64,000 nucleotides of DNA, taken from positions 175,926-239,925 of the forward strand of contig JACPSK010000001.1 in assembly GCA_016193335.1 (NCBI GenBank). The letters run 5' to 3'. The position numbers and the translations under genes were made by a program. Positions 10,024-19,998 of the stretch are shown here, in pieces (the stretch's first letter is position 1; each line of letters begins with the position of its first letter). A model generated the notes under the pieces. It had not been told where the DNA came from. It made no database searches and worked only from the letters and a program-made list of their open reading frames with translations. Origin of the DNA: Candidatus Magasanikiibacteriota bacterium (GTDB lineage Bacteria; Patescibacteriota; Patescibacteriia; Magasanikbacterales; UBA922).

Positions 10024-10710
10024 TCAATTAAGTACGAGTCTAATCGGATCTATGCGATCGAGTTCGTCCGGAGAGAGAAAGTTAGGACGCTCTCTGCCGT
10101 ATACAGCGTGTACCATATGTGTTTTCATAAATTGATTCATGAGATCCGTGAAATAGTATTGTCCGTTTTCGTGACGCACAAGATCATAACGGAAAATATC
10201 CTCATTCAGAACCACGATGCCGGCAGCCGACATATTGGATGAAGGATTCGCCGGTTTTTCAATGACTTCTAGAATTATGTCGTCTTCTCCAATGGAAGCG
10301 ATTCCAGACTGTCTGGGGCTTGCCGAAGGCGCGCAGAGCCAACTGCTGGGGTATGACATACAGCCCTTGATTTCTTCCCGAGTGGGCAGTTCATCGCCGT
10401 AAATAAGCAAAAAACGTTCTTGAGGAGAAAAAAAATCTTTCGTGAGAAATAAAGCCGTTGCCGTTCCATCCAAGACAGCTTGGTCAACGTATCGAATGTT
10501 TTTTCCTTGATACTTGTGTCCTAGATGCTGCCGAATTTTTTTTTGAAGATAGCCAACCACCATAATTACTGAATCCACTTCGGGAGGAAGCGACTCAAAT
10601 ATATAATCAAGAATGGTTTTGTTCCCTACTCTCAACAATGGTTTGGGCATACTGCGCGTCAGCGGGTACATTCTGCGCCCTTCCCCTGCCGCAAGAATAA
10701 CTGTTTTCAT
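10024..10710 (-). CDS. Sugar-phosphate nucleotidyltransferase
   Basis: MKTVILAAGEGRRMYPLT..PKPLL, YGD, IEKP. Confidence 0.9.
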   Translation of the reverse strand: MKTVILAAGEGRRMYPLTRSMPKPLLRVGNKTILDYIFESLPPEVDSVIMVVGYLQKKIRQHLGHKYQGKNIRYVDQAVLDGTATALFLTKDFFSPQERFLLIYGDELPTREEIKGCMSYPSSWLCAPSASPRQSGIASIGEDDIILEVIEKPANPSSNMSAAGIVVLNEDIFRYDLVRHENGQYYFTDLMNQFMKTHMVHAVYGRERPNFLSPDELDRIDPIRLVLN

Positions 10711-10769
10711 AGGAGGCCAGTAAAGTAGTCTTATTCTATAGGGCGGCGGCTCTCCTGTCAACGTGAGAG

Positions 10770-12560
10770 CTATTCTTTCTGCAAATGAAAAACAGCCATT
10801 TCATGCTCCTCAAAAACCAAATTCAAAGAAGACAAAGATGCAAAAACTGTTTTGTCCAAAGGCCCCTCTGACAATATATAATCAATGCGAAAACGCGAAA
10901 GCGCTTCCAAGAAATCCGTATCCATAAAACGGATATAATCATCAGCGAAACGTTCAAAACGAGTCTGGAGTTTAGGGTCCGGAAGGCCGAGCGTATGTTG
11001 CAATTGAAACTGCAGAGCATGCTCCACTTCTTGCTTGTGTGTCGCCAGATATCCATGGATGCTATCTTTTGTAATGCCTCGCAGACGCAACACACTCATG
11101 TAACGATAGACAAAATCCTCGGGATCAGCGAGCACAGATTGATTTTCTCCTGAATGATACGTATTGCAATGAGTGAACGCAGGAATGAGATTACTCCACC
11201 ACGAAATATCCTCTTCATTGATTAAAACTACGCAATCTTTTTGAGCTTGAGTATTGAAAAAAGCAAATACATCAGCGTACCATTGCCGTTCTCGAAATAT
11301 AGGCTCGTTCTTTTGATAGGCGCTCACCTGTTGGAATACACCCAATGCCAGAGAAGCGATGGCCATAAACCCGACCGCGGCCAAAGCACTGCGGGGGAAG
11401 CGCAGTCTGACTGCATGCCAAAAAAGGACAATAACTACCACGTACATGAGAGGAATAGTATAAAATACATAATGATAGTACCAAATCTCACGCCCTGTTA
11501 TGACCTGCTGATTATAGACAATCCAGGAAGCTAATATTAGGAAAAACGAAAAACTCCACCACCTAGTCCAAGAACCTAAGATACCTTTTTTGAAATATAA
11601 GATAAAACTGATTCCTGCAAAAAGAAGGGTGACGGCCAAGACAAAAAGGTTGAGATGCGGTTCACGGGTTAAATAAAGACCGATGCGCGCGGCGGCTTCT
11701 GGATACCATTGATCTTGGGCAGCTTCTAAGGCCCTCAGCCAGTATGGCAGGGAAAATAAAAGACCTAAAACAAAAATAGAAATATAGGCACGACATTCTT
11801 TATACTGATGCTTAAAAAAGGCACCAATAAAACACAAACCCAAAATCGTGAGAGCCAAAGTCCAACTAAAAACATAACTCGCCATCATAAGCGACAAAGA
11901 AAGGCCTCCTACTATTATCCACCGTTTCTCCCTCAATCCTCTATATATGTTCCAAACACACAAGAGAAAGAAAAACAACAATATCCCTCCAAACACCGGA
12001 TTGACAGGCCTGGTCCAGATAAAAAAACCTTCCGGAGAAGCAGACCCTAGTAGGTAAGCCCACACAGAGCGATAATCCACGAGATCAAAGCCCAAAGTCA
12101 CCATCAAAGCAGCCGCCGAAGCGTAGAAACCGGCTTTGCTTTTTTGAGAATCATCAGCTTCCAATATATGAAAAGTCAATAGGTAGACGGCAAAACACAG
12201 GAGGCCGGGAAGTAAAAATTTACTGAAAAGCAAAACAGAGATGAGAGAAATTCCAAACCATTTCACGGGGAAGGTATAAAGATGGGCCAGCGTGGCTGGC
12301 AAAAGAGGAAATTTATCTTTATATTCAAAAAAGGGCATAGAAGCTGTGCTTGGATGGCCATCTAAAATTTCTTGCATGATTGCTATGTAGGCTTCTTCAT
12401 TTGGCGTGGCAAACATATGCACGCCCCTATATTCAGGCCCAAGAGAAAAAGAAAACAGAATATGGGGAGCGACGGCAAGCAAGGCCACAAACAAAGACAC
12501 TACGATACCAGCCGCGTGCTGTCTGATTTTAGTATTCAGAAGCTTTAAATGCATTCGCAT
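10770..12560 (-). CDS. Polytopic membrane protein, probable GT-C-fold glycosyltransferase (paralog of 3859..5709)
   Basis: Multiple TMs, NEE in first loop, shared motifs EILDGH, RPVNP, NQQVITGR, RIDYILS. Confidence 0.6.
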   Translation of the reverse strand: MRMHLKLLNTKIRQHAAGIVVSLFVALLAVAPHILFSFSLGPEYRGVHMFATPNEEAYIAIMQEILDGHPSTASMPFFEYKDKFPLLPATLAHLYTFPVKWFGISLISVLLFSKFLLPGLLCFAVYLLTFHILEADDSQKSKAGFYASAAALMVTLGFDLVDYRSVWAYLLGSASPEGFFIWTRPVNPVFGGILLFFFLLCVWNIYRGLREKRWIIVGGLSLSLMMASYVFSWTLALTILGLCFIGAFFKHQYKECRAYISIFVLGLLFSLPYWLRALEAAQDQWYPEAAARIGLYLTREPHLNLFVLAVTLLFAGISFILYFKKGILGSWTRWWSFSFFLILASWIVYNQQVITGREIWYYHYVFYTIPLMYVVVIVLFWHAVRLRFPRSALAAVGFMAIASLALGVFQQVSAYQKNEPIFRERQWYADVFAFFNTQAQKDCVVLINEEDISWWSNLIPAFTHCNTYHSGENQSVLADPEDFVYRYMSVLRLRGITKDSIHGYLATHKQEVEHALQFQLQHTLGLPDPKLQTRFERFADDYIRFMDTDFLEALSRFRIDYILSEGPLDKTVFASLSSLNLVFEEHEMAVFHLQKE

Positions 12561-12586
12561 ATATCTAGGCCCAAAAAATCAAAAAA

Positions 12587-13258
12587 CTATTTCTTCAAAA
12601 GAATATGAAAACTATTAAAATACCAGGGGCGAAAGCATCTATATAAAAGAAAAAAAGGGAAAAACCAAAAGCCGAACTTTTTTTTGATTTTCATTTCCCT
12701 GATATCTTGAAAAACATAGAATCCCGCTTGCTGCAGGATCCGCTCTGCTTCTGAATATGTCACATAATGCATCGTGATCAGCTTTTGTCTGCCCGCGATT
12801 CCGTCTTCTTTTTGTCTATGCAAAAAATCCAGAACTGGCTCTGTCCAAGAGCGAGGCATCCAGTTGATGCCATACATGTGATAATGATAATCATAAGCGC
12901 CCCAACGATTGTGAAAACTTATGTAGGCTGAACCCCCTGTCTTCAATACTCTGTATAATTCTTTGGACATCAAAAGAGGATCTTCCACGTGTTCAGTAAC
13001 TTCTGAAGCATTTACAAAATCAAACTGCCCGTCGGGATAGGGCAGTTCTTCGGCTTTGGCCGCTCTTAAGTCAAAAGAAATTCCGTTTTGTTCCGCCAGA
13101 TTCTTGATTTCCTCGATATAGACGGGGTTGACTTCAATGCCGGAAACACGAAACCCTCTTTTTGCCATTTCCTTTAAAAAAGTTCCTCTCCCGGCGCCTA
13201 TATCCAAAACCTCGGCGCCCGGATTCAAGTAAGAGGCGCAATAATCTGCGTGTTTCAT
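12587..13258 (-). CDS. Class I SAM-dependent methyltransferase
   Basis: VLDIGAGRG motif I, AEELPYPDGQFD, EHV, LKTGG. Confidence 0.9.
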   Translation of the reverse strand: MKHADYCASYLNPGAEVLDIGAGRGTFLKEMAKRGFRVSGIEVNPVYIEEIKNLAEQNGISFDLRAAKAEELPYPDGQFDFVNASEVTEHVEDPLLMSKELYRVLKTGGSAYISFHNRWGAYDYHYHMYGINWMPRSWTEPVLDFLHRQKEDGIAGRQKLITMHYVTYSEAERILQQAGFYVFQDIREMKIKKKFGFWFFPFFLLYRCFRPWYFNSFHILLKK

Positions 13259-13264
13259 AAAATG

Positions 13265-13999
13265 TTAAGCCAACCAAGCGCTAAAGTCGGATAAAAATTG
13301 TTCCACGACCTCGTCGGTCTTGAAGTGCCGTATCATGTCCGGAAAAAATTTGGGAGGCACGGTTACGATATGAGCTCCTGCCAAAGCCGCGTCGCGAACG
13401 TCCAGGACTCCTCTGATACTCCCGACTATAATTTTTGTGTTCAATCCTGATTGGTCAAGAAGTTTTCGCACCGATTGAGTAACGAAAGACGGATCAAAAT
13501 CCTGAGAATCAAGCACTGATCTTTTTTTCAAATCCTCACGTTTCTCCGCTGACTGATCGTTAAGCCCGCCGTCACGAATCCTGCCCCAAAATAAGCTGAC
13601 ATAACGCGCGCCGGCCCGAGCCGCCATCATAGCTTGGTTACTGTGCATACAGGCAGTGCAATTCACTGATATCCCCTGTTCAGACAGAATTTTTATAGTG
13701 GCAAGCTCATCCCAGCCAACTTGAACTTTTATACTGAGCTCGGGGTATTGAAATTGCTCCACAAACTGCTTGGCCTGACGAAGAATCTCTTGAGGATCCT
13801 TGGAAAAAACTTCCACGCTCAGATGAATGCCGGGCGCGTATCTTTTTATGAGTTCAACTATCTTTCCTATGTGCCCTTCAAATGAAGACTTGGGTTCTTT
13901 GGACAAAAGAGAAGGGTTCGTGGTGACTCCGGTCGCAAACCCACGTTTCAGCGCTTCTTCAATATCGTGAAGATTCGCTGAATCAACGAATATGTTCAT
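13265..13999 (-). CDS. tal: Transaldolase (TalC/FSA-type small subfamily)
   Basis: FVDSAN, GVTTNPSLL, Schiff-base IKV, VNCT, YVSLFWGRI, GSIR. Confidence 0.82.
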   Translation of the reverse strand: MNIFVDSANLHDIEEALKRGFATGVTTNPSLLSKEPKSSFEGHIGKIVELIKRYAPGIHLSVEVFSKDPQEILRQAKQFVEQFQYPELSIKVQVGWDELATIKILSEQGISVNCTACMHSNQAMMAARAGARYVSLFWGRIRDGGLNDQSAEKREDLKKRSVLDSQDFDPSFVTQSVRKLLDQSGLNTKIIVGSIRGVLDVRDAALAGAHIVTVPPKFFPDMIRHFKTDEVVEQFLSDFSAWLA

Positions 14000-14026
14000 A
14001 AAATATAATGAAAATTATCTGGCTCT

Positions 14027-14055
14027 AGTGTATCAAAGATGCCATGTAGGATCAA
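14027..14055 (-). promoter_or_regulatory. Putative sigma70 promoter for the transaldolase-led operon
   Basis: TTGATC-17bp-TACACT with TG extension on minus strand. Confidence 0.4.
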
Positions 14056-14189
14056 TAGATAACAATAAGTCCTTTACCGGAAGCTCAAAAAATATTAAAC
14101 AGCCGATTTTGCTCGCAAAGAATCAAGACAAATTTTTACTTTAGACATGTACGCCATTTTGGCCAAAAATAGATTTAAAAAAAATAAAC

Positions 14190-14220
14190 AAAAAAGCGAG
14201 GCACCGCGCAGCTCGCTTTT
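14190..14220 (-). terminator. Intrinsic terminator after gmhB
   Basis: AAAAGCGAG...CTCGCTTTT hairpin followed on the minus strand by a T-rich run. Confidence 0.55.
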
Positions 14221-14242
14221 GGATTTTGGCGTCTCTTTTATT

Positions 14243-14282
14243 CAGAACCCCATCTCAAAAATAATTTTGAGCCGTGGTTCTA
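14243..14282. repeat. 40-bp miniature derivative of the 3696..3861 element
   Basis: AGAACCCCATCTCAAAAATAATTTTGAGCCGTGGTTCTA shares CCCA-CTCAAAAATAATTTTGAGCC with the left arm of the MITE and has its own AGAACC/GGTTCT termini. Confidence 0.6.
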
Positions 14283-14828
14283 CAAAGATAAATAAGGAAT
14301 AGCATCCAATAACCCATTCACCCGAATGTCTGACACCAAGTCTTTATTATATGAGTAATCAATAAGAACTGTCTTAGATCCAACAGCCTCGCCCGCCTCC
14401 GTATCCGCTTTCGTGTCTCCAATAATATAGGAACGGCTGAAATCTATTCCCCATTTTTTACCGGCCTCAAGGAGCATGCCGGGCTTTGGTTTTTTGCAGG
14501 CGCAATTATCATACCGTGTATGCGGACAAACAAATATATCATCAAACGGCAAAGCGGCCACAACGGCCATAATCTTCTGGTACTCTTCTTCAGTGATCAT
14601 GCCATAAGCCCGATCAGGTTGATTGGTGACAAGAATACGCAGATAACCCAGTTCACCCATCCGTTCAAGTGCTTCTTTGACGCCATCACGAAGATGGAAT
14701 TCATGATAAAAAAAAGGAGGGCTAAAACGCACTTTTTTTCCAAGCACTTCAAAATGCTCGCCGCGATCTATGGTCTCGTTAATTACTCCATCGCGATCAA
14801 GAAATACTGCTCGTCTTTTTGTATTCAT
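14280..14828 (-). CDS. gmhB: D-glycero-D-manno-heptose 1,7-bisphosphate phosphatase (HAD IIIA)
   Basis: AVFLDRDGVIN, VTNQ, CPH..C.CKKPKPGM, IGD. Confidence 0.85.
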   Translation of the reverse strand: MNTKRRAVFLDRDGVINETIDRGEHFEVLGKKVRFSPPFFYHEFHLRDGVKEALERMGELGYLRILVTNQPDRAYGMITEEEYQKIMAVVAALPFDDIFVCPHTRYDNCACKKPKPGMLLEAGKKWGIDFSRSYIIGDTKADTEAGEAVGSKTVLIDYSYNKDLVSDIRVNGLLDAIPYLSL

Positions 14829-15519
14829 GGATGCGCTCTTTAAGGCCGAACACGACCAGATGATCCAACACGACATGGAAGCCTTCCACCAGCGGCGTGG
14901 AATCGGCCGGAACCACAATAGGAACATCCACCAAATCTTTCATGGGCCCGCCGTCAAAGCCCGAAAATCCTATGGTTTTGCCTCCCCTTTCTTTTATATA
15001 TTGAAGACCCTTCATGACATTCTGAGACCATTTGCCGGCCAGGTCTGTCCCACTGCCGCCATGGACGCTCAGGGCAATGCCCACGCCTTCTGGCTCATAA
15101 TAGGTTGCTAATTGATTCACATAAATGTTGTCCCAACCCCAGTCATTGATAAAAGCGCTACATTGAGGGATATTGTCCACCAGAGCCATAGCCTTGATCC
15201 CGCGGTCTCCGGGTTTTTCGGTGATAGTCTTCGTAAGATCCGCGGCCAAATGAGTGGCACTCGAAGCTGAGCCTCCATTGCCCATAATATAGACCCAGCG
15301 GCCCGCTTTCCAGGTCTCAAACAAAAGTTCGATGGCCTGATCGAGTTGCCGCGTATACTCTTGTTTTATCCTCTCTATGGTCCGATCCGCATCTTCGAGA
15401 AAAGTAGCGGCAAAAGAAGCATTTTTTTCTTCCATCATAAATGACATGTGATAATCTGAAGCGTCTGATCTCCCGCCATAATCATCGTTATAGACGGACA
15501 GAAAATCGAAATCATGCAA
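14797..15519 (-). CDS. gmhA: SIS-domain phosphoheptose (sedoheptulose-7-P) isomerase
   Basis: GNGGSASSATHLAADL, NDWG, GFSGFDGG, VEGFH; true start probably ~15436-15447. Confidence 0.82.
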   Translation of the reverse strand: MHDFDFLSVYNDDYGGRSDASDYHMSFMMEEKNASFAATFLEDADRTIERIKQEYTRQLDQAIELLFETWKAGRWVYIMGNGGSASSATHLAADLTKTITEKPGDRGIKAMALVDNIPQCSAFINDWGWDNIYVNQLATYYEPEGVGIALSVHGGSGTDLAGKWSQNVMKGLQYIKERGGKTIGFSGFDGGPMKDLVDVPIVVPADSTPLVEGFHVVLDHLVVFGLKERIHEYKKTSSIS

Positions 15520-15522
15520 GCT

Positions 15523-16044
15523 CTAATCACAGTGAACGATAGCATGAACCGGCGTATTTTGCAAGCGGGTTCTCCCCGCCATGTTATCCATTTCAATGAC
15601 AAAAACCGCGCCAATAATTTCAGCGCCCGTCTTTTTGACCAATTTAATGGCCGCTGACATGGTTCCGCCCGTGGCCAAAATATCGTCTACCAATAATACC
15701 CTGTCTCCGGACTTCACATCTCTTTCAGAAATCTCTATGACTTGTGAAGCGTATTCATAGCTGTATTCCTGGGATAAAACAGGCGGAGCAATCTTGCCTT
15801 TTTTCCGAATAAGACCAAGACCAGACCCGATCCGATCGGCCAAAGCCGCGGCTATTATAAAGCCTCTCGACTCAATTCCAAGGACCATAGAGATGTCTTT
15901 TTCTCTATATGGAGAAGCGATCTCATCAATAAGTTTTTTATACAAAATCGGGTCAGCCAAAATCGGAGCTATGTCATAGGTCATTATTCCCGTTCTTGGC
16001 CAATCATTAATTTTTCTTATGTGTTCTTCGAAACTCAAATCCAT
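15523..16044 (-). CDS. apt: Adenine phosphoribosyltransferase
   Basis: DWPRTGI..YDI, GIESRGF, IRKKGK, VLLVDDILATGGT PRPP loop. Confidence 0.88.
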   Translation of the reverse strand: MDLSFEEHIRKINDWPRTGIMTYDIAPILADPILYKKLIDEIASPYREKDISMVLGIESRGFIIAAALADRIGSGLGLIRKKGKIAPPVLSQEYSYEYASQVIEISERDVKSGDRVLLVDDILATGGTMSAAIKLVKKTGAEIIGAVFVIEMDNMAGRTRLQNTPVHAIVHCD

Positions 16045-16049
16045 ATGAA

Positions 16050-17174
16050 TTATTGTATTTCTTTTAGCAAGCCTTGCTCACGCATAGTCTTTTCCGTTAC
16101 CCTAAGAATTGAAGAAACATTTTCAAACTCTGTAATCCATTGCATATAATCATGCACCATATCTTCCAAACCAAAACGAGGCTCCCAACCCAAAGACCGG
16201 AGTTTATCGATATTCATGAGCGCGTGGCGGGATCCTCCCACGCGGTATCTATTGTTGATTTTGGGTTCAAAAGGGACAGCGGCCTCTTTGGCCACGCGCT
16301 CGGCCAACTCAAGGACACGAGTTCTCTCACCGCTTCCCACATTAAAAACTTCAAAATTCGCTTTTTCATCTTCGAGAACACACAGATGCGCCCGGGCCAC
16401 ATCCTGCACATGCACAAAATCTCGGATCTGTCCGGCGTCTTCATTCATTTGAATAGCTTCTTTATCCAAGACATTGGCCGCGAAGGCTCTGAGAGCCCCT
16501 GAATAATAATGCCGAAATGATTGCCTGGGACCAAGCACAATACTGTAGCGCAAAGCCACTCCGGGAATGCGGTACTGTCTTCCCAAAGTCATAAGTAATT
16601 TTTCGCTTGCCCATTTCGATATGGCGTAGGGGATGTTCGGATGAAGTTCGTCGTCTTCACGTTCTGGCAAAGGCTTTACTTCCTGTCCGCAAACGGGACA
16701 GTGCTGTTCCCAATCGCCCTTCTTCATGCGCGCTTCACTGCGCGGCGGGAGATACAGCAGACCGTGCTCCTCGCATTCAAATTTTCCTTCTCCGTAAACA
16801 GACTGGGAAGACGCCATGATAATTTTTGTGATAGACAATTTTTTATCTTCTATGCATTCAAAGAGCAAGGCAAGACTTTTTAGATTCACGTCTATATAGG
16901 TGCTGAAGTCAAGATGATAATCCATGTACGCGGCCAAATGAATCACCGAATCTATGCCTTCAAGAGCTTTGAGCCAGTCTGCCTTTTCGCGCACATCGCC
17001 CCGCATGAATTCAGCTTTTTTATGTATCCAATCCGGTAAAATCCCATTATGAGTCGGGGGGAGAAGAGAATCAAAAATACGAACCCTATACCCGGCCTCA
17101 AGCAAAAGATCGGCCACATGGGAACCTATGAACCCCGCACCACCGGTAAGAAGGACATGATGTTTATCCTTCAT
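16050..17174 (-). CDS. NAD-dependent epimerase/dehydratase with Cys-rich insert
   Basis: [22 protein letters not shown]...CPVC insert, YAISK. Confidence 0.88.
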   Translation of the reverse strand: MKDKHHVLLTGGAGFIGSHVADLLLEAGYRVRIFDSLLPPTHNGILPDWIHKKAEFMRGDVREKADWLKALEGIDSVIHLAAYMDYHLDFSTYIDVNLKSLALLFECIEDKKLSITKIIMASSQSVYGEGKFECEEHGLLYLPPRSEARMKKGDWEQHCPVCGQEVKPLPEREDDELHPNIPYAISKWASEKLLMTLGRQYRIPGVALRYSIVLGPRQSFRHYYSGALRAFAANVLDKEAIQMNEDAGQIRDFVHVQDVARAHLCVLEDEKANFEVFNVGSGERTRVLELAERVAKEAAVPFEPKINNRYRVGGSRHALMNIDKLRSLGWEPRFGLEDMVHDYMQWITEFENVSSILRVTEKTMREQGLLKEIQ

Positions 17175-18165
17175 ATATTTGTTCTACGATTTTAAGAACA
17201 CTGAGCGCGTCTTTGCCGCTTGGAACCGGGTCTCTTCCCTCTTCAATGGCCAAGAGCAACTCTCTCATCTCCCGAACAAAAGAAAGCTCCGCGTCAGGGT
17301 TACACTCAAATATTTCTTCTCGCGGCAGAGCGCTATATGTTTCATCTCGAATTCCGAAGATTACTTTTTCAGTGCCGCCGTACTTTCTGCCCAGACCTTC
17401 AACATGAATATACCCGAAACTTCCATAAATTTCAAAACGATGCAAAGGTTTCCAATTCGACCAGCTGACATGAATGGAGGCGAGCTGTTTTTTTTTGCTT
17501 TTGAGGAGCAGAAAGGCATTATCTTCCACTTGCGCGGTCCAATGCAAATTTTCCACAAAACCCTTTACTTCGGCGATTTCTCCGAAAAAAGAGATAACCA
17601 TATCAACCATATGCACGCCCTGGTCAATGAGTTCTCCGCCTCCGGCCCATTCTTTGTTCATGCGCCATTCAGTGTTCATACCTTTGCGCGCTCCAAAACC
17701 ATACACTGCTCGAATAAATTGGATGTCTCCGATTTTCCCTTCGGTGAATAATTTTCGCGCGAGCAAAAAACCTTCGTGGAAACGATGATTGAAGCCGGCC
17801 ATATAGCGCAGATTCCGTGCTTGAGCAAAATTCAAAAGATCAAAAAGTTCCGTACTCGAAACGGCGCAAGGCTTTTCTGACATAACGTGTTTCCCGGCCG
17901 ATAGAGCGGCTCTGGAAATGGAGGCCAGATACTTGTGGGGCGTAGCCGCTATGACTATATCTATGTCTGTGCGTTTCAAAAGCTCTTCATAATCCGTATA
18001 TGCTTGGCAAGCAGGACCATAGACTCCGGCGAGTTCACGCGCCTTATCGCCATCTGTGTCCAGAACTGCCAAAAGATTCACCTCTCCCATCGAGGAGAGG
18101 GCCTTTACCCAGCGTTTTCCTATGCCTCCGGCTCCAACGAGCGCCACTGCGTATTTACCAATCAT
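17164..18165 (-). CDS. Gfo/Idh/MocA oxidoreductase
   Basis: GAGGIG, SEKP, GFNHRF, GGGELIDQGVH. Confidence 0.9.
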   Translation of the reverse strand: MIGKYAVALVGAGGIGKRWVKALSSMGEVNLLAVLDTDGDKARELAGVYGPACQAYTDYEELLKRTDIDIVIAATPHKYLASISRAALSAGKHVMSEKPCAVSSTELFDLLNFAQARNLRYMAGFNHRFHEGFLLARKLFTEGKIGDIQFIRAVYGFGARKGMNTEWRMNKEWAGGGELIDQGVHMVDMVISFFGEIAEVKGFVENLHWTAQVEDNAFLLLKSKKKQLASIHVSWSNWKPLHRFEIYGSFGYIHVEGLGRKYGGTEKVIFGIRDETYSALPREEIFECNPDAELSFVREMRELLLAIEEGRDPVPSGKDALSVLKIVEQIYEG

Positions 18166-18991
18166 ATCCTCTGTCTTTAGGTTTAATTCTTCGAGCGGTA
18201 TATATATCAGAAGTCATTATGTCTTCACGATGTTTTAGTATGGTATCAGGATCGTCCCAACGGGCGGCAAACAATTTACCTGTCACTCCGGCCATTTCTT
18301 CTGACGCTAAAAATAAACAAAATTGAGCGGCCAGCTCCGGACCTATGGTTTCCATTTTACCGGAAACCTGAGCACAGGCGTCTTGGTACACTGTTTCCCC
18401 CGCGCGTTCCGGACCCGCGGCTATTATACTATGCACAAAACCGGAATTGATAAGTCCCGGATATATGGCATTAACTGATATACATTCACCCGAAAGTTCC
18501 ACGGCAACAGACTCGGCAAAGCGGATCACCGCGGCTTTTGAAGCGGCATAGGAACTTAAATGCGGCAAAGGGCCTTCGCCCCCACCGGCGAATACGATCA
18601 CTTTCCCGTTCTCGCTACGCCTGAGCAAAGGCAAAGCATATTTCACTGCGTGCATGGTCCCAAATACATTTACTCTGAAAGCATCCTGCCAGTGATCGGA
18701 ATCCGCGTTTGTCAAAGCATTGATCTCGCCATAGATGCCGGCTGTTGTAACGAGAACGTTCAGATACTTGATCCGTGATTCAAGACCTGTAAAAAGGGCG
18801 CGCATGCCGCTAGCATCCGACACGTCTCCCACACAAACCTGGCAGGCTTCTCCCAATCTTTCTTTTATCTCATGCAACTTTTTTTCGTCGCGTCCCAGAA
18901 TAAAAACATGATAGCCCGCGTCCACAAAATGTTTCGCGACAGAGGAGCCTATCACTCCGCTTCCTCCGGTTATAAGCGCTGTTTGAATCAT
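18155..18991 (-). CDS. Short-chain dehydrogenase/reductase
   Basis: TGGSGVIG, YAASKAA, VNAIYPG. Confidence 0.9.
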   Translation of the reverse strand: MIQTALITGGSGVIGSSVAKHFVDAGYHVFILGRDEKKLHEIKERLGEACQVCVGDVSDASGMRALFTGLESRIKYLNVLVTTAGIYGEINALTNADSDHWQDAFRVNVFGTMHAVKYALPLLRRSENGKVIVFAGGGEGPLPHLSSYAASKAAVIRFAESVAVELSGECISVNAIYPGLINSGFVHSIIAAGPERAGETVYQDACAQVSGKMETIGPELAAQFCLFLASEEMAGVTGKLFAARWDDPDTILKHREDIMTSDIYTARRIKPKDRGYDW

Positions 18992-19998
18992 ATGCTGTTC
19001 ATTTCTCTCGGCCTATGAATCATTACCTGCGTGCCGCTCGCTTCAACCCTATAGGGGACCTCATGGAATTTGTATTCTGTAAATAATCGGCGAACCGCAT
19101 CTTGAGATCCTTCCTGACAATAGACAAGAAAAAACCCGCCCCCGCCGGCACCGATGATTTTCCCCCCAAGAGCTCCACAGCGTTTCCCTTTTTCATATAC
19201 TTCGTCAAAGACATCATTACTCATCCGATCGGACATTTTTCTCTTGGTCTGCCAATGTTCGTCCATCAGACGTCCAAAGGTATCCAGGTCTCCCTGTTCA
19301 AAAGCCGATAAAATTCCCTTTCCAATCCGCTTTGTTTCGTGTTTGAGAGCAATCTTATCCGGTTTCTCGGCCCGTATATCATCTTGCTGTTCTGCCAAGA
19401 CCGCGGTGCTCGAGCGACGCATTGCCGTGTTGAAGAGCAAAGTCCGGCGTTCAAAGGCCTCTTGAGTCGAACGGGAAATTTTAGCGGGTAGCAGGCTTAC
19501 CGTACCATTTGCGGCTATGTCCAGCACGCAAAAATTTCCGAAAGACGCAAGATAAAAATCTTGTTTTCCGTCCGGCAGACCCAAATCTTCCGTGGCAATT
19601 TCAAAAGCTTCTTCAGCAAGCTGCAAACGGGAAAGATTTTCCCCTTTCAGAGCATGAAGGCCGTTCAAAAGACCCACCAAATAACTCGCGGAACTGCCCA
19701 AACCGGTGCCACCGGTAACATCAGCCATGGAAGAAATTTCAATCTGTTTGACAATTCCGGTCCGTTGAAGAGCGGCACGGGCAAGGTTATGCTTTAAATC
19801 CATCAGACGCTCGACCTCCTCGCTATCGCTATATTTCAAGCGAATCATCTGGTCGACAGGAGGACGGTTCAGACCGATATACATGTACAGGTTAAGCGTA
19901 ACCGCAAAAATAAAGCCGCCATGCTGTTCATAATAAGCGGGAAGATCAGTAGAACCTCCGCCAAGGGATAATCGGAAAGGCGTTCTGGTCAATATCAT
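18988..19998 (-). CDS. hddA: GHMP kinase, D-glycero-alpha-D-manno-heptose-7-phosphate kinase-like
   Basis: TPFRLSLGGGSTD, GTGLGSS, GKQD, GGKIIGAGGGGF. Confidence 0.8.
   Translation of the reverse strand: MILTRTPFRLSLGGGSTDLPAYYEQHGGFIFAVTLNLYMYIGLNRPPVDQMIRLKYSDSEEVERLMDLKHNLARAALQRTGIVKQIEISSMADVTGGTGLGSSASYLVGLLNGLHALKGENLSRLQLAEEAFEIATEDLGLPDGKQDFYLASFGNFCVLDIAANGTVSLLPAKISRSTQEAFERRTLLFNTAMRRSSTAVLAEQQDDIRAEKPDKIALKHETKRIGKGILSAFEQGDLDTFGRLMDEHWQTKRKMSDRMSNDVFDEVYEKGKRCGALGGKIIGAGGGGFFLVYCQEGSQDAVRRLFTEYKFHEVPYRVEASGTQVMIHRPREMNSI

Noticed and set aside
13265-19998. Septacidin-like nucleoside antibiotic cluster (heptose plus adenine enzymes)
   Set aside because: No acyl-carrier, NRPS, aminotransferase or exporter genes; the context is surface-glycan transferases
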